Source: Nemertoderma westbladi
Taxonomy: Eukaryota; Animalia; Xenacoelomorpha
DNA length: 64,000 nt
Direction of reading: 5' to 3'
Assembly (NCBI GenBank): GCA_032718475.1
Contig: JAUCBJ010006472.1
Location: forward strand, 17,312 to 81,311
Shown here piece after piece: positions 1 to 14,086 of this stretch. A program made the translations under genes and the position numbers. Under the pieces are notes generated by a model. The model had not been told where the DNA came from, ran no database searches, and saw only the letters and a program-made list of their open reading frames with translations. Each line of letters opens with the position of its first letter. Within the stretch, counting starts at the first letter, position 1.

Positions 1-365
1 TCAAGTACAATGCACACATCTCCAACCAGACACTATATAACATTGGAGGTGTCTCATTGGTTCCCCCAAGCTTGACACTATAACAAAATCGCCTCCGCTT
101 TGCAGGACATTGCTTTCGCCGTGAGGACCAGCCAGTGCATAATCTTGTACTTTGGCAGCCTCATGGAGTGAATAAGCATGGTGGGCAGCCCATGACTTTC
201 TTGAGACGCATCTTAAAGGACACTGGCCTTGAAGATGCGGATGATCTAGCAATTGTCATGGGTGATAGGGAGTTGTGGCGGTGCAATTTTGTCGATAAGC
301 CGGCACAGCATTCTTAAAAATGCAGCTGCAATGCAGCATGCCGATCCTAGTAGTAGTAGTAGTAG
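1..365 (+). mobile_element. 3' end of RTE-like LINE (family A), ending in a (TAG)n tail
   Basis: Near-identical to 59700-60057; encodes the RT C-terminal RLRFAGHCFR...VLWQP region; ends gatcctagtagtagtagtag. Confidence 0.85.
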
Positions 366-2039
366 GTACGCATTTATTTTGGGAAAACCAATTCAGTAAG
401 CGAGCATTTAGTATACAGTATGTAATAGTAAAGTAAAGTAAATTTTCTGACGACTTATTTCCAATGCGGTCCCCGCAGAACTATACTCCCCAGAGGAAAC
501 TTCAGTACTCATTTAGCTACCACTTAAGGATGCAAGACAGAGATGCGCCTAGGAGAGTAGATAGCAGCCAATAAGCTACTGTAGGAAGTGTTACCATTTA
601 GAATTTATGTGCGGCAATCGCAATGCTTGGACTGCGATCAACTTGGGTACCAGTACCAGTTCTTGGAGGGAGCAAGGGATATACAGTAGTATTACAGAAG
701 CTCAAAAGTTTGTTACACTGAAGCTGACGATGTGGTATCTTAAGATAACTGAATGACTTATAACGAAAAAAACTATTGCATACAAAGTACAGTACTGTAT
801 AACATCATAAAATCATTATTATATAGTAAACAGTTTATTTTCATTTCATTTCATTTCTTTTTATTTTATTTTATTTTTTTGGAATTTATTTTTAGAGTGA
901 AAATATTATTTATAATTGAAATTATTTTTTCAAATGCTATTAGCGATCTATTTTGTGTTTGGCGACTTACCGCTAGGATGTTAGATTGCCTTTCATTCCA
1001 TTGCTTTGTTGCGGCTAACGTTGTTGTTATCAATGCCCCGATTATAAGACATGCTGTTAGAGTAAAGCGATTCGTAATCATCATTAAAAATACAGATGGA
1101 ATAGTTCAGTATATACTGTAGGCTTTCAGTAGGTATGGAATATTTGTGCAGCAAAACAGCAGTAAATAATTAAATATTCGTTGACACGGAAAATGTAAAG
1201 TATATTTTGTCTCGATTAATAACTAATGACGAAATAATGAATAACATGGTCAGGTCTTCTGGTGATTGAACCAGAAAACTTTACCACCTCCACTCAGCGT
1301 AAGGGAGGTGCCACCTGTGGCTGCCTATAGACTCCCTTACTAAGGGCATAATCTGGTCTTGTGACAAGGACCCCCTTCGTTCTGGAATAGGAACGCACTT
1401 TGGTCCTGAGTTAAGGACCCATGTACTCGGCTGCAGGGGTTGTATATGGCCTGATCACTGATCAGATAGAAGGAATGCTACCAGTGGCTTATCAAAAGTA
1501 GAGCGCTGTCATTTCCCACTTGAGTGCACTTTACTGCGACATGCACCTGGCGGAAGGGGTGCAAGGCATGGCCTAGCAGATGAGCTGTATAGTATAGCCA
1601 ATATAGCTGTACAGTGAATTACAGTACCATGTGCTTCTATGTGTTCTTGTATGGGTGATGCCCCACATCTGACTCTACTGGGACACACACCATGCCCTGG
1701 GAATGGCAAACCAGGGTGTGTTATTTGCCGGAGAGCTTACTCGGCAAAAAAGCGCCCCCAGTGATCACAGCGGTCACAATGAGCCAGTGGAATTACCTGA
1801 CACAAATTTACTTACAGAAGGGACACAAATGGACAAATAGACACAAACTGCGCGTCAGTTATCTCCTGGTCCTTTACTGGTGACCTTTCCGACCCAAACC
1901 CTGGGTCACCAGGGAAGAGAGATTGCGAAGGGGAGGGGGATTCTGGATTTGGAGGCTACTCCCATGTTCCACCCCGACCTACCGACCGCTACCAAGCCAT
2001 TGGTGAACCTGAGGCATGTCACTACTACTGTATCCTCAG

Positions 2040-2580
2040 TTAATACCTGAACGCTGGAACCCCAATTCGACAAGGTGAGCTAACAATCATGACAGAAAAG
2101 CCTTAGTGCAGTGGGTGTACAAGAGCATCGAATGCAGACCAACAAACAACCAAAGTAAAGGATGAATCTTCCACATGATCGCCTCAATGGTTGGAAGGCC
2201 CACTTTGAAAAGCTCCTATACTGTACAATTGCATGATAACTTTGATATACTTCGATGTCTGAGTCTGTACTGAAATATATCACCATTTGGTTACATCTCT
2301 TTGGTGGTAACCATAGGGGGTGATGGTAACACCCCCTACTAGCAAAAGAAATAGAGGAAATCTAACAAAGTGCCTTACTGAGCTAGAATTTGCTGATAAC
2401 TTAGGAGTACTGTCAGAATTACTATAGGGAGCCTAAAGACTCCTCTACTCATTAGAGCAGGTTGCTTCTAGTTGGTTGATGTTGGTTTACACTCAGAAGA
2501 TAATAAGAGAAGAACATACGCTGTTATCTACAGTAGTTTAGAAGAGTCTGAACCCAGTACCCAGTGTTGGCCTTTCTGTG
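2040..2580 (+). mobile_element. Degraded RTE-like LINE family A RT fragment
   Basis: gaatttgctgataacttaggagtactgtcagaat at ~2385 matches the FADD region at ~59145 (gactttgctgatgacttaggagtactctcagaat). Confidence 0.55.
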
Positions 2581-3489
2581 AATAGCAATAAAACCAAAAT
2601 GCTGACAGTAAAAATAAACTCAGTACTCAGGCCAGAATAAAATTGATCGTGATAACACTCAATCACTTGATGGACTGGTGACTCAACAAGTGAATACCTT
2701 GGGCTCATGGGGTCGGAGGTCAGCTGAAGGAAGATCTCCGAATTCGCAAAGGAAAGCCGGCGGTCCTGGTATGCCATTCACCCGGTGGGTCCGCAGGTGG
2801 GGGGCGCTATGATGCTGGGTACGCCGGCACTGCACCTTAGCACAATCTGATCATAATCATTGTCCTGCCTACATTTAAATAAAAGTTGGTCTCGAGAAAA
2901 AAGCAATCATAATTTTCGAGAAAAGAAGGACATCAAAATGTAGTGGTGCTTTACAGTTTAGGACTATAAGTAGTACTACAGTATATATACTGATCTAATG
3001 AACTGTAGTTGTTCATTAAAATATAATGGCCGGATGGGTAGAAATTTCAAAGGCAATAAATTCCACTGCAAGTTGTTTCTGAAGGTCATTAAGGTATAAT
3101 TGTGTGGTGGGTAAGGACTTCAAAGAAAATCGCACTGCAGTATAGTTGTTAGTATCAGTGTCTGAAAGCGCAGTAATAAGTAATGAGCAGATTGCACCAG
3201 GATCAGGAAGAAAACCGATCATGTTTATTTATATTCGAACTGGTCTTCATAATATATTGTATAACAGATATTGGAGATACAGTTAGGCCCTTCTTATACC
3301 TTGAAATTAAGTAACTTAGTAACAGCAATAATTAGAACTAAAACAAATTCTAGTGAAAATTCACCAATAAACATAGTTAGTTAACCAAAAGCTCTTGTTA
3401 GTTATTCATTTATTTATAATTTTCAAGCCTCATTCTACCGAAACTAACTCAAAGCAAATGTTATTTATGTACAGTAGCACTGCAACGAG

Positions 3490-3996
3490 CAGGCCCGTAG
3501 CCATGGGGCGGAGGGGGGGGGGGGGGGGGGGGGGGGGGTTCGTTGGTTCGAACGAACCCCCTTTTGAGAAAAGTGCCCTTTTACCTTTTAGAGAAATGTT
3601 CTCCTTTTATATTCACCTATAAGCAGCATCTTGGTCTAGCATCCTGGGCTTCCATTAGGAGGCACTGGTTCAATCCCTTGATGGGGCAGCACTGTTTGGG
3701 CCCCGTGCTTTAAATGCTGCAACCAAGCCCAACCCTGGCTTTCACCCTTAACTGGTCGATAAATGGGAACCAAGGCAACCTGGGAAACAGAGTGGAAGGG
3801 TTTACTGTGGAAGATCACCACCCATGGTGGTGATTCCTTGGCTTAACGAGCCTAAAAGATTATATCTAACCACTCCCCCTATTCCTACCTTATGCTCTGG
3901 CTAAACCAATGGATATTTGTCATTATTTTAACAAATTGAAAAAGTGCCCTTTTTTTAAGAAGCGACCGCCCTTTTAAAATCCTGGCTACGGCCCTG
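3490..3996. mobile_element. MITE with CAGGCCCGTAGCCA termini and an internal poly-G tract, containing a SINE-like insert
   Basis: Left caggcccgtagcca, right tggctacggccctg (imperfect inverted repeat); aaaagtgccctttt occurs on both sides of the insert; no clear TSD. Confidence 0.6.
3635..3905 (+). mobile_element. tRNA-derived SINE remnant with a Nin/Deu-domain-like core
   Basis: B-box-like ggttcaatccc followed by ggctttcacccttaactggtcgataaatgggaacc, resembling the conserved Nin/Deu SINE domain. Confidence 0.45.
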
Positions 3997-4619
3997 ACCA
4001 AAGCGAAAAAAAAAAATCAAAAGCTTTTTGCGTATGCAAAAAGTTTAATAACAAACTCTACAATAATTTTGGTTGCGCACAAGACAGTATATTTTATGTG
4101 GCGTTTTGATCCCGGGGTCACTGAAAAATAGCGGTTTTGAAAATTTTAAGTCGAATTTCACCGATTTCAACTCGTCGAATATGCACCAACTTTTTTATTT
4201 GGGCTATTCAGTCATTTGAGTAACATATTTGAGCCTCAGAATCTTTTCAAATATCGCCTATCTCGCACAGAACGTCGCGTTAGTTGTTAGTCCGGCAAAA
4301 AACGCACTAATTCTTCTAAAAGAGCAAATTATTGGTTGCAGAATAATATTATTCAACTAGAAAAGCTAGTAAGCTGACTATAAGGAGACCGTCCATAGTT
4401 AGTATTTTTTTGAAAATAAAAAAAATTTTACTTTTGTTTTGTTAACATTATTAGTTATGGTAGCTATGGTATTTTTATGGAGCTTGTGAATTATTTACTA
4501 GTTAGTAATAGTATGTATTTAAAATGTTTAAAACTGATTTTTTTATATATTGCGTATGTATACACCATGTCCCAGAATATTAGAGCTGTAATTGTTATAT
4601 GTTACTGCAGTAACTAATA

Positions 4620-4930
4620 TTTAGGAGCCCGCTCGACAGGCGGGATACTTACTGTAAAAATCTGCGGGATACTTACTGTAAAAATCTCAGGACTGACTCA
4701 ACACTGACTCAATACTCAACACTGACTGACTGACTGACTGACTGACTGACTGACTGACTGATAATTATCTAGGTTCAGGCACTTCCTGCCTGGCGATTTT
4801 GTTGAAATTTTACAAGTAAATTGCTTTGGTGGTTCATAATCGCGTTACAAAATATCAGATCAATTCAATGTGTGGTATTCGATATATTTCGTTTTTTTGA
4901 AATTATTTTGTCGCGAAATTAAAAGCAATG
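4620..4930. repeat. (ACTG)n microsatellite within a possible Helentron-associated (DINE/HINE-like) element
   Basis: ctgactgactg array at ~4720-4762, preceded by a duplicated gcgggatacttactgtaaaaatct; the element class is inferred from layout only. Confidence 0.4.
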
Positions 4931-7900
4931 GTAAAGTAACAACTCCTGCCTGAGCTGTCAGCAGCTAGCTGTGTAGAAATGGTTGAGTGCAGGGCTGCCT
5001 GAGATAGAATTCCATCAAGGCAGAATTTCTTGACTACACCCCTCCTGCTGCTGGCTGCTGGTCTGAGTCTACACATCCTTTATCAGCTCTCAGGGATAGA
5101 CAGAAAATAGTTGAGTTGTCAATAAACAAAATAAATTATACCACTGCAGTAGGATTATATTATTATTCCACGAATCATTGGGCTGATTATTTTGTATAGG
5201 ATATATGTAGAATGTTCTTAAAAATAATATTCTTATTTTTTTTATTACATAGGATTAGCATCATTTTTTAGCTGAAGCATTAATAGTGCAAATTAATTTA
5301 ATTATATTTTAATACCATTACTACATTGGCATAAGATAAGTTTTAACATTTCTTACAAATATTATAAAACTCAATAGTGGTGCGAGCATAAAACTCAAAT
5401 CACGCAAATTTAAAAGAACCGGGTGTGTTGTCATAATATCTATCTCCATAGGTTATTCTGCTTGACTGGGTCTGGGTGCGGCTTTGCTTTTGGGACGGGG
5501 TGCTGATTGAAAGGGGGGTTGAAGGGGGGAACTGTCCCCCCTTTTCACTTTGACTGATTTGCGGTTTTGTTAAATTTCTTGGATATAGTTGTTGTGATGC
5601 TAAAATTTAATTTGTCTTTGATAATGTATTATTTTGTTTCATATTGTTTAGACCTTAAATTTTCATAATATTTAGTTGAGTTTTTGTTTATACATTTGCT
5701 CTATAATATATTATATAATTTGTATTTATTCAAAAAATTGAATGAAACTGTTATCACTATTATTATCTTACTACTGTAGAACTACTGACACTAATGTGGA
5801 ACAGCTAGGATATTTGCGCTTTGTTTGTGTTTTAGTTTTAGTAACTATAGCTACGTACCCCTTTCTATTGTTAGTTTTGTTCTATAATGCAGCATTGGTT
5901 GATTGCCTTAGCAGCCGGTGTTGTAATATTCGTATGGAAATGGAGTCTGCATTTATAATATAGGGTGGTTCTATGGTGGGTTCAGGGTCATCACTCGCTC
6001 GGTGTCCTGGTTGTGCATCATGGGCATTTTTTCATAAATATTCGGTAATCTTAAATCTTGTAAACGTGCTTGATAATGAAATTATTTGCTTCATATTATA
6101 TTTTTGTTAGTGGTAGCAAAGTTTAATTTTTTATTATGTGGGACGATCGACAAAGTCAGCTAGCCTCACGCCTTACAGTTTAGACAATTGTTTAGTTTAG
6201 GCCTACTTACTAGGCCTACAGCTGACTGACATAGTTCATTTGTAATAGTCTTGGCTAGGATTCTTCCCCCGGGCTCCTTCCAGCCAGCTTGCTGGCTTTC
6301 TAGTTAATACAGCAGTATTTTTTGTAGGTATTTTTATTGTTTCATAGATGATTTTATTAATTTATATTTTGACTCTTTAGAGACGCCATAATTGCGGGCT
6401 ATCGCAATGTGTTGGTATTTGTGTCATAGACAGTTTGTCTGTTGCCCTATCTATATTAATGTATAGTGCTAAAACTGTACTGTTTAAATTTGTTTAGCCC
6501 ACGTGAACGCCGAATTCCTTTACCAATGCATTTCAATGGTCAACCAGCCATACTTTGCCGCACTGTAAATTGTGTTATACAAAGTAAAGAATAAAGATAG
6601 AGGCAGGAATAAAGATAAATGATTCAAGCGCACTAATTGGCTGTTCCCATAGATGTTTTAGGCATTGTTGGTGCGCAATGCATATGGTCAGAGCGACCAC
6701 CCAGTCTGCCAAAATCTATTATGTAATCAAATGGTACCACAAGCCAAGCAAAGCCTGTGACAGTTCTTTCCGACTCTGCACCTGTTTGTTTGAAGGTCAC
6801 CGTCCGTACAGTAGGTCGCTACTCGCTAGCTGTGATTGATAGCTTAAACTGGGTGCCGCTTTGCCAGAAGGCGGTACACATCAATCATCAATTGAATATG
6901 AGGCAAACATTTAAAATATGCTCAAATATACGCCAGCGGCAGGGGATATTTTAATATCTCTATTAAGCTAAAACAACACAAGATTGTAGCCGTTCTATCT
7001 TACTTGAAAGTCGAAAGCCTTTCTTAGTTTTTAAGAAGGAATTCTCGCGCTCTCGTCACCATAGTTATCATATTAATTAAACAGTTAAGGTAGTACGGGT
7101 TGACCTGAGGTGACTAATGAAATGAATAACAAAAGTTATTACAAGCTTTCTCCCAACAGGGCTTCTTTAGGTCATTATAATGAAACTGCGTATACACAGA
7201 GAAACTACAGTGCAGTTTCTCTTATATTAATTGTTAATCTGATATTGTATTATGCTATTAAAATAATCAATCTTGTCAAGCATTAATCTTGTTTCACTAA
7301 TTATGTTTCATGTATTATTTGAATGAATGTTTTTTCGAAAGACTTTAGGGTGCCGTAAATTTAATTTGTACTTGCGACCGAAAACCCATCCCGTAATGAC
7401 CTCAGGAACCTCAATTTGATAATTTATGGGAATATAGCTTCTATGCAACAACTGGCCAGCACACAAGTATCACTTTGTTGCCCGCATAATATTGTTCCCC
7501 GAGAATGCCTCTGCCTCTCAGTTAACTTACCACGAGCTGTCAATCAGGAATACCCCAGAGTTTATTTTCTCAAAGAATTAAAAGTGCCGCAAACTACCTC
7601 AAAGTGACATTTCTCAAAGAATTCAAAGTGCCTAAAAGCAGGAAATCACTTTGAGATTCCCATCCGCAACTAAGTGTCTACAAGAATTCAAAGCAGCCGT
7701 TGGGAGTAATGTAATGACTTTTAGACACTTTTAGAAAAACTTTGAGAAAATCTCAAAGAACAGGATGCACTTTGAGACCGCGACTGTACAGTAAAATAAG
7801 AATGCGAATTTTCATTCGTTGTAAAGGGCAAAAATTTACTTTTGAACCCAGAAAAAGTTTATTGACAATAAAACAAAAAATAACAAAAAGGTAATAAAAC

Positions 7901-8502
7901 ATTGTTGCGCGGATGTAGCTTACATGTATTTTACACATTTTTGTGTGGTACTGTATTGTTAAAAAATTTACAATAGTTTTTGAGTTATTAAAAAAAACAA
8001 AGTCTCCCCTAAAGTCAAGTGTCCCTCACTCACCACCCTACATACGTGATGACTGTACTTTATTCATCCACCAATTTGACACGGCACATTACACTAGAGA
8101 TTGGCTGGTAAAAATGAAAGTATTCTGAAGTACCTAGACCCATTTAAAACTCACTAGACCTACTGTAGACCCATTTGACCCTATACTTTTTTTTATCAAA
8201 ATTTAAATTGTGAGCATTAGGGTTGGCCTAGGTTCTTGATCATTTCGTTGCCGTATTCGTAAACTAGAAGATTTTAATTTTATTTTATTCGATGTTCTTT
8301 CAACACATGTAATAATATTTTTTTAAGAATTTAAATCAATTTTACTTTACTTTTGTTCCGAAAAAAAAAGTAAAATCAATGTAATCCGAGAGATTACTGT
8401 ACATTTTTCCCTAGGAAAAAACGTACAGTATAGGCTACAACTCCCTTTCACCCGATTTTAGGGAATGCAGTATATAGGCCTACAGTACGTATACTTATAC
8501 AA

Positions 8503-8645
8503 ATAATAATTATTACCCACATTTGGAGTTATTTTCCCGTTTATTTACCCTCGTGTCAATTATATAAACTCGGCTTCGCACCGGATTATTAATGACCCTC
8601 GGGCAAATAACTCAGAAAAAACTCAAAATGTGAGTAATAATTATT
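8503..8645. repeat. Small foldback mini-element
   Basis: aataattattacccacatttggagtt...aactcaaaatgtgagtaataattatt imperfect palindrome with a central ctcggcttcgcaccg; similar hairpins at ~43480-43620 and ~62270-62410. Confidence 0.6.
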
Positions 8646-9479
8646 CAATAGGCCTACATACAGTTTTATTTTAAACGCCAATCAATGTCTACATTACTAC
8701 AGTACAGTCGTCAATAACCAATTATTGCCATGGGCTATCTCGATACCGCTATTGTCTGGATAGGATGGGAACGATTACCGTATGTCCAGCCAGCTGTTGT
8801 GAAACGACTGCGAATGTAACAACAGCTGCGATATTATAGGCCTCATTGATAGAAAACAATAGAACTACTGAATATTGATAGAAAACAATATAACTACTGA
8901 ATATACAGTAGAGACTAATCATAACTGATAATACTGAATATAGAGTGTTTCATATATGTCAATATAAGTGTTTCATACTACATACTACAGTATGTTAGAG
9001 TGAACGCGCTGTACTTAAAACATTTTTGGCTCAACAAGTAATTTATTATGAAATCTGACAGTGACTACTACACAGTACATATTACTTACTAGGTCGAGCG
9101 AGCTCGGGTAGTGGAATAGGATTGGTGCGCGAAAAAATTGTTGGCGCTAGAAACAATTGAATACGGGGTAACAAGGTGCCCTGAATCTAGTGGCGGCGTG
9201 TGATTTATGTAAAAACACGAGGAAACGGTCGAAAATACGGGTTTAAGTAAGCGCCGGAAGCCAATTTTGTAAATGGGCTGTGATTGGATGCTACATATTT
9301 GACGTCATTACGCAGTGCTCTGATAATTTCTTATCGTGGTTTCTATGGATAGAGATTTTCGATCGATTCAAATACATATTTTTTAAATCATTACGCCCCC
9401 AAGCGAGGCAACTGGGAAATTTAATCATTATTTCAATAAATTGACCAGTGAATATAAATATGTTAAAATAGAATATAGG

Positions 9480-9880
9480 AACTACATACATGAATCGATT
9501 ATTCAACTGAAAATTAATTATCTAATTAATTTATTATAATTAATACTAATTAATCAATCCGAAACGCAATGCTGTCAGTGTGGTCCAACTGTCGCAAAGA
9601 GGCCCAAAGGGTGTCATAAGTGACACGCGCGGCTCTTTTATTTATTAATACTTCTTTATTTGTATTTAATTTTAATTTATTTATATTTAATTATTTGTAT
9701 TTGTATTTAATTTTAAATTAATTATTTATTTGTACTTTATTTTAAATTAATTAATTGTATTACTTTTACTTTATACATTGATTTATATTTTTAGAATTAT
9801 CAATAATTAGTTTTTATCTTACAAATGACATCACTATGACATAATGTCTATATTTAGCTCTATGGTTTATAGATCCCTTG
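9480..9880. repeat. Dispersed repeat, inverted copy of ~23802-24150
   Basis: caactgtcgcaaagaggcccaaagggtgtcataagtgacac plus the adjacent AT-rich array match the reverse complement of 23900-24135. Confidence 0.75.
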
Positions 9881-10819
9881 CTGGCAACTAATTACTCTAT
9901 TGCATCCCACATACCGCATTTACAGTGAGCCGACCATCAACTACACTCATCGGCGGCCCCCCTCCTTTGTCATCGCCCCCATAACGTGCCACAGCGGGGG
10001 CCCTCTTAATATTCTTTGTGCTGCATCAGGATTGCCTCATTTAAGGAAGCCGCATCCCTATCGATAATCTAATTATGGTATCGCTTATCATTTTCAGTAT
10101 ACTGTATAATTAAATAAGGCCCTCTTTTAATACTGTACATAAGTTTATGTATACAGTTTATCTTCAATTTAATTTGTTTTTATTTACAACTCGAATTGTT
10201 CTACTGTATTATAATTTATGTTTTATAATAACAAGCTATATCCGGTTAATCTGTATTAATTTTCTTTGTACTGAGGTTATCGAGGGCGCTCTTTCCAATG
10301 GTCCTATTCTCAAAACGATCTAACCTACTGTATAATTAATTACTTAAGACTGCGAGGTATGCGTAATTAACAAATCTCGTTTACCAGTTTTCCTTAAAAA
10401 CTATGAAGCCATATTGCTTAAGAGTTCTGCGGGGCTAGCTATGAGGCAAGATGTTTGAGAATAATTTAGATATATTATTACTTAATTTTGACCCCCCAGT
10501 CGGTATCTATTACAATATGGGCTACATCTTTTGCAGAATCACAGAGTAGTCTGAAATTCCCCAGTCTGCCGCTAGAGGGCGAATTGTCTCAAAGTGAAAA
10601 CCATATAGTAGCTATGAATTGGTTACTAGGCAATAATACTGCATTTTGCAAAGTTAGGCCTATTGCTGACCGAATGAAAACTGCCCGGGTTCATGCGGGG
10701 ATCGAACCCATGACATACGGGAGATGTGAATTCAACACAACCACTACACCAAGTGGAACAGTAACCTTCGAATTTGTTCGTTGACGTTCGAATTTGTAAG
10801 ACTCTCATTTAAGACCTGA

Positions 10820-11142
10820 CACAGACTATGCCTTACTGAGGCACAGACTATGCCTCACTGAGGCACTGAGGCACCGACTATGCCTCACTGAGGCACAGAC
10901 TATGCCTCACTGAGGCACAGACTATGCCTCACTGAGGCTAAGACTATGCCTCACTGAGGCATTGAGGTATAAAATATGCCTCACTGAGGCATTGGGGCAT
11001 GGACTATGCCTCCTGAGGCATAGTCATTGTCTCACTGAGGCACTGAGGCATAGACTATGCCTCACTGAGGCATAGACTATGCATCACTGAGGCATAGAAT
11101 ATGACTCATTGAGGCATAGACTATGCCTCACTGAGGCATAGT
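10820..11142. repeat. Tandem array of 22-bp palindromic units (left arm)
   Basis: Unit tagactatgcctcactgaggca, containing TATGCCTCA-c-TGAGGCATA across units; occasional 9-bp slips. Confidence 0.9.
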
Positions 11143-11725
11143 GCGATGCTGGGGGAATCTGGTTTGCGAGGGATATTTGAATGGTGAGTATAACAATCCT
11201 TGAGAGTTAGTGTGACGTTATCTCACCATGGATGAGTTTTACCACTGTACTCGCATCTGCTCTCTCATTGGCTGCTCGATGCCTCAGATTAAGGGTCTAA
11301 GGCTTTCAAGCTGTTTATTTGCTTAGTTTTCTAATTAGAAGGTCGTGAGTTCGAACCCTAGAAGAGCATCATTCTTTTTCCTAGCTCTTGGCTGACTCTA
11401 GTGTACACTAGCTTTGACTCAACCAGCTATAGTGATAGTATGCAACCTTGGGAGTTAATGCGCTGTCTTATGAGTAAAGGCCAAGTGATTAGACTTCAGG
11501 TTGCCACTATTGGTTCACTCTTCTTAACTTTATAAAATAACTCAACCCTTATTTAAAGTTTTAAAAATTATCACTTAGTCGACTAATTTTCCAAAGTATT
11601 TTATATAAAACATATAATTTCTTGAATAAATAGACCTAATAGAAATAAATATTGTGGGATGTAAATACATTTATAATACTAGTATAATAATAAGAAATAA
11701 GAAATAAAATAAGATAATAATAATA

Positions 11726-11757
<32 letters not shown>

Positions 11758-11840
11758 GGATAAATAGTTATAATACTAATATAATTGTTTTGGATAAATA
11801 GCCCTAATACTATTATGAAAGGAACTCAAACAAACAAATG

Positions 11841-12899
11841 TCAATAACGTCGCCCTGCGCAGGTATATACTGAACGAGAGATTTTTATCATAGTTCTTCG
11901 AAAATTAGTAAAAGCTGGTTGATTTACTTTACTTTCATCTTCCTCATTACCCAACTGTTTCTTTATTTTATTCAATTGTACATTAATTTTCAATAATTTA
12001 CTTTTATTTCCCAGAACCTGTCTTAATATCTTTTCTCTATTTTCTTCATTTTCTTCCATTTGTTTAATAAATTTTCGCATTTGATTTTTGTTTCCTAATA
12101 TTTGTCTCAATATCTCTTCTTTATTTTTATCATTCTCTTCTAAATATTTAATAAATTTCTGTAATTTAATTTTACTTCCTAGAACTTGGGTCAATGTCGC
12201 CTCTTTATTTTCTTCATTTTCCTTTAAATGTTTAATGATTTTCCGCAATTTATTCTTATTTCCAAGTAATTGTCTCAACATTTCCTCATTATCATCATTT
12301 TCATCCTCTTCTTCACTTTCCTGATCTTCACTTTCTTCACCATCTTTCTGACCTTCACTTTCTTCATCCTCTTCGCCACCTTCACGTTCTTCATCCTCTT
12401 CCCCACCTTCACTTTCTTCACCATCTTTCTGACCTTCACGTTCTTCATCCTCTTCCCCACCTTCACTTTCTTCACCATCTTTCTGACCTTCACGTTCTTC
12501 ATCCTCTTCCCCACCTTCACTTTCTTCATCCTCCACCTGTTCTTCACTTTCTTCATCCTCTTCCTGTTCTTCACTTTCTTCATCCTCTTCCTGATCTTCA
12601 CTTTCTTCCTGATCTTCACTTTATTCGTTCTCAACTACACTCTCTTCAACTTCATCCTGACCCTCACTATTTTCATTCTCCATCTCATCGAACTCTTCTT
12701 CTCCATCTTTCTCACTCAAATTTTCCTCATTTTCTAGGGGTAACTGTTTTTGTATCCCTTTCAAAATATTCATAACTTTATGAAATTTATTTTCCATTGT
12801 CTGTTTTATCTTTAATATATCACGCTCATCTCTCTTTTTCTTTTCATCTTCACTAAAAATATCTTCGGATTTTTTAATTTTTTTTGGTAAAGGATCCAT
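11841..12899 (-). pseudogene. Cargo ORF (~352 aa, one in-frame stop at 12621-12623): NLS-like N-terminus, Glu/Asp-rich repeats, four ~26-aa helical repeats
   Basis: ORFs 12995-12621 and 12536-11841 share a frame across a single TAA (likely GAA>TAA); MDPLPKKIKK start; repeats like EEMLRQLLGNKNKLRKIIKHLKENEE. Confidence 0.6.
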
Positions 12900-14086
12900 T
12901 AGTTTTTCCTTTCTATGTGACGGGATCAAGGATCCCGACCGGATAGATTGTCTATGCGTCACCGTCGTCTTTAGGGGTGCTGGCAGTTTGGCCAAGGCCG
13001 TTGCGGAAAATATGGGAATTCGATGTTATCTCCTGGTGTTGTATAATAATATATGTGATAGCACAATGACTGAATAACTGAGTAGATTGGCAATAGTATG
13101 TGTCTGAATGTTGATGATATTTGGTGACGGTGAGAAAAATGTCACCGGTCTGCACTTAAACTGATGACTGAGTAACTGAACCGGTAATTAAATGCATTGA
13201 CAATATATGTAATTACTCCTATGCTACTGTGGCCTTTCATCCAGTGGATGCTCTCCCCCGCCCCCTATTGGCAGATAATCTACTTCACGCCTCTCACCTC
13301 TCTGGGAGTGCTTCCCCCCCCCCCTTGTTGGCCCCTGTTGGTTATTTTCCCTCCCGAGGTGGTTTGACCTCTAACCTCCCTTTGTGTGGCTTTGGGGTTG
13401 TGTTGTCCCCGGTGTTGGATTGTGATACAAGATTAGTTATTGCCAATCTCGTACCTCCAACATATTACTGAAAATATGCCACTTCCCATTTATGAGGGTA
13501 ATGCAGCGGAACTGAATCCGCTTACATTCTATGTGTTTCCATATGACGAGATAGATTGTCTTGTTTCATTTCTTTACTACAAACCAAACAACTTTCATGT
13601 CTATGCATTATATTATAGCAATGTCAATTGATAGTATTGTATTTTAGCTAAATGATTTTACAAACTTTTAAATAAATAAAACTTTTATGAAAATAAATAA
13701 AACTTTTTAAAATAAAAATTAGAGAATGAATGGGAATGCGGAATTATAGAGGGAGGCTAGAATGGATTATCCAATCAGAGTGCGAGGGTGAGTTAGGCAG
13801 CCAATCAGGACTCGATGGAGGAAAGTTAAGCAGCCCATGAGAGAGAAGATGCGAGTACAGTGGTAAAGCCCATCCATGATGAGATAACGTCACACTAACT
13901 CTCAAGGATAGTTATACTCACCATTCAAATATCCCTCGCAAACCAGATTCCCCCAGCATCTAAAGTATTCCACTTCAATGCAAAATATATAGAGCTTTAG
14001 TTGGATTTGAACCTGTGCTTTTAAACTCTTTTGTGCTCGTATATTGTAATTTATTGTTCATATAATGCAATATAACTCGGCTATTT

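Noticed and set aside
5930-6130. Possible zinc-knuckle remnant on the minus strand (KCP*C..PGHRASD)
   Set aside because: Needs a stop and a frameshift in a very short match; too weak to call.
10690-10760. Functional tRNA gene
   Set aside because: Only A/B-box-like motifs; no convincing cloverleaf; lies within a TIR.
10820-11142. Palindromic 22-bp repeats as a CRISPR array
   Set aside because: No spacers; mirrored in the opposite TIR arm.
12270-12737. Phe/Ile/Thr-rich membrane-protein ORF (+) and Lys/Val-rich ORF (-)
   Set aside because: Antisense and alternate-frame shadows of the acidic repeat region.
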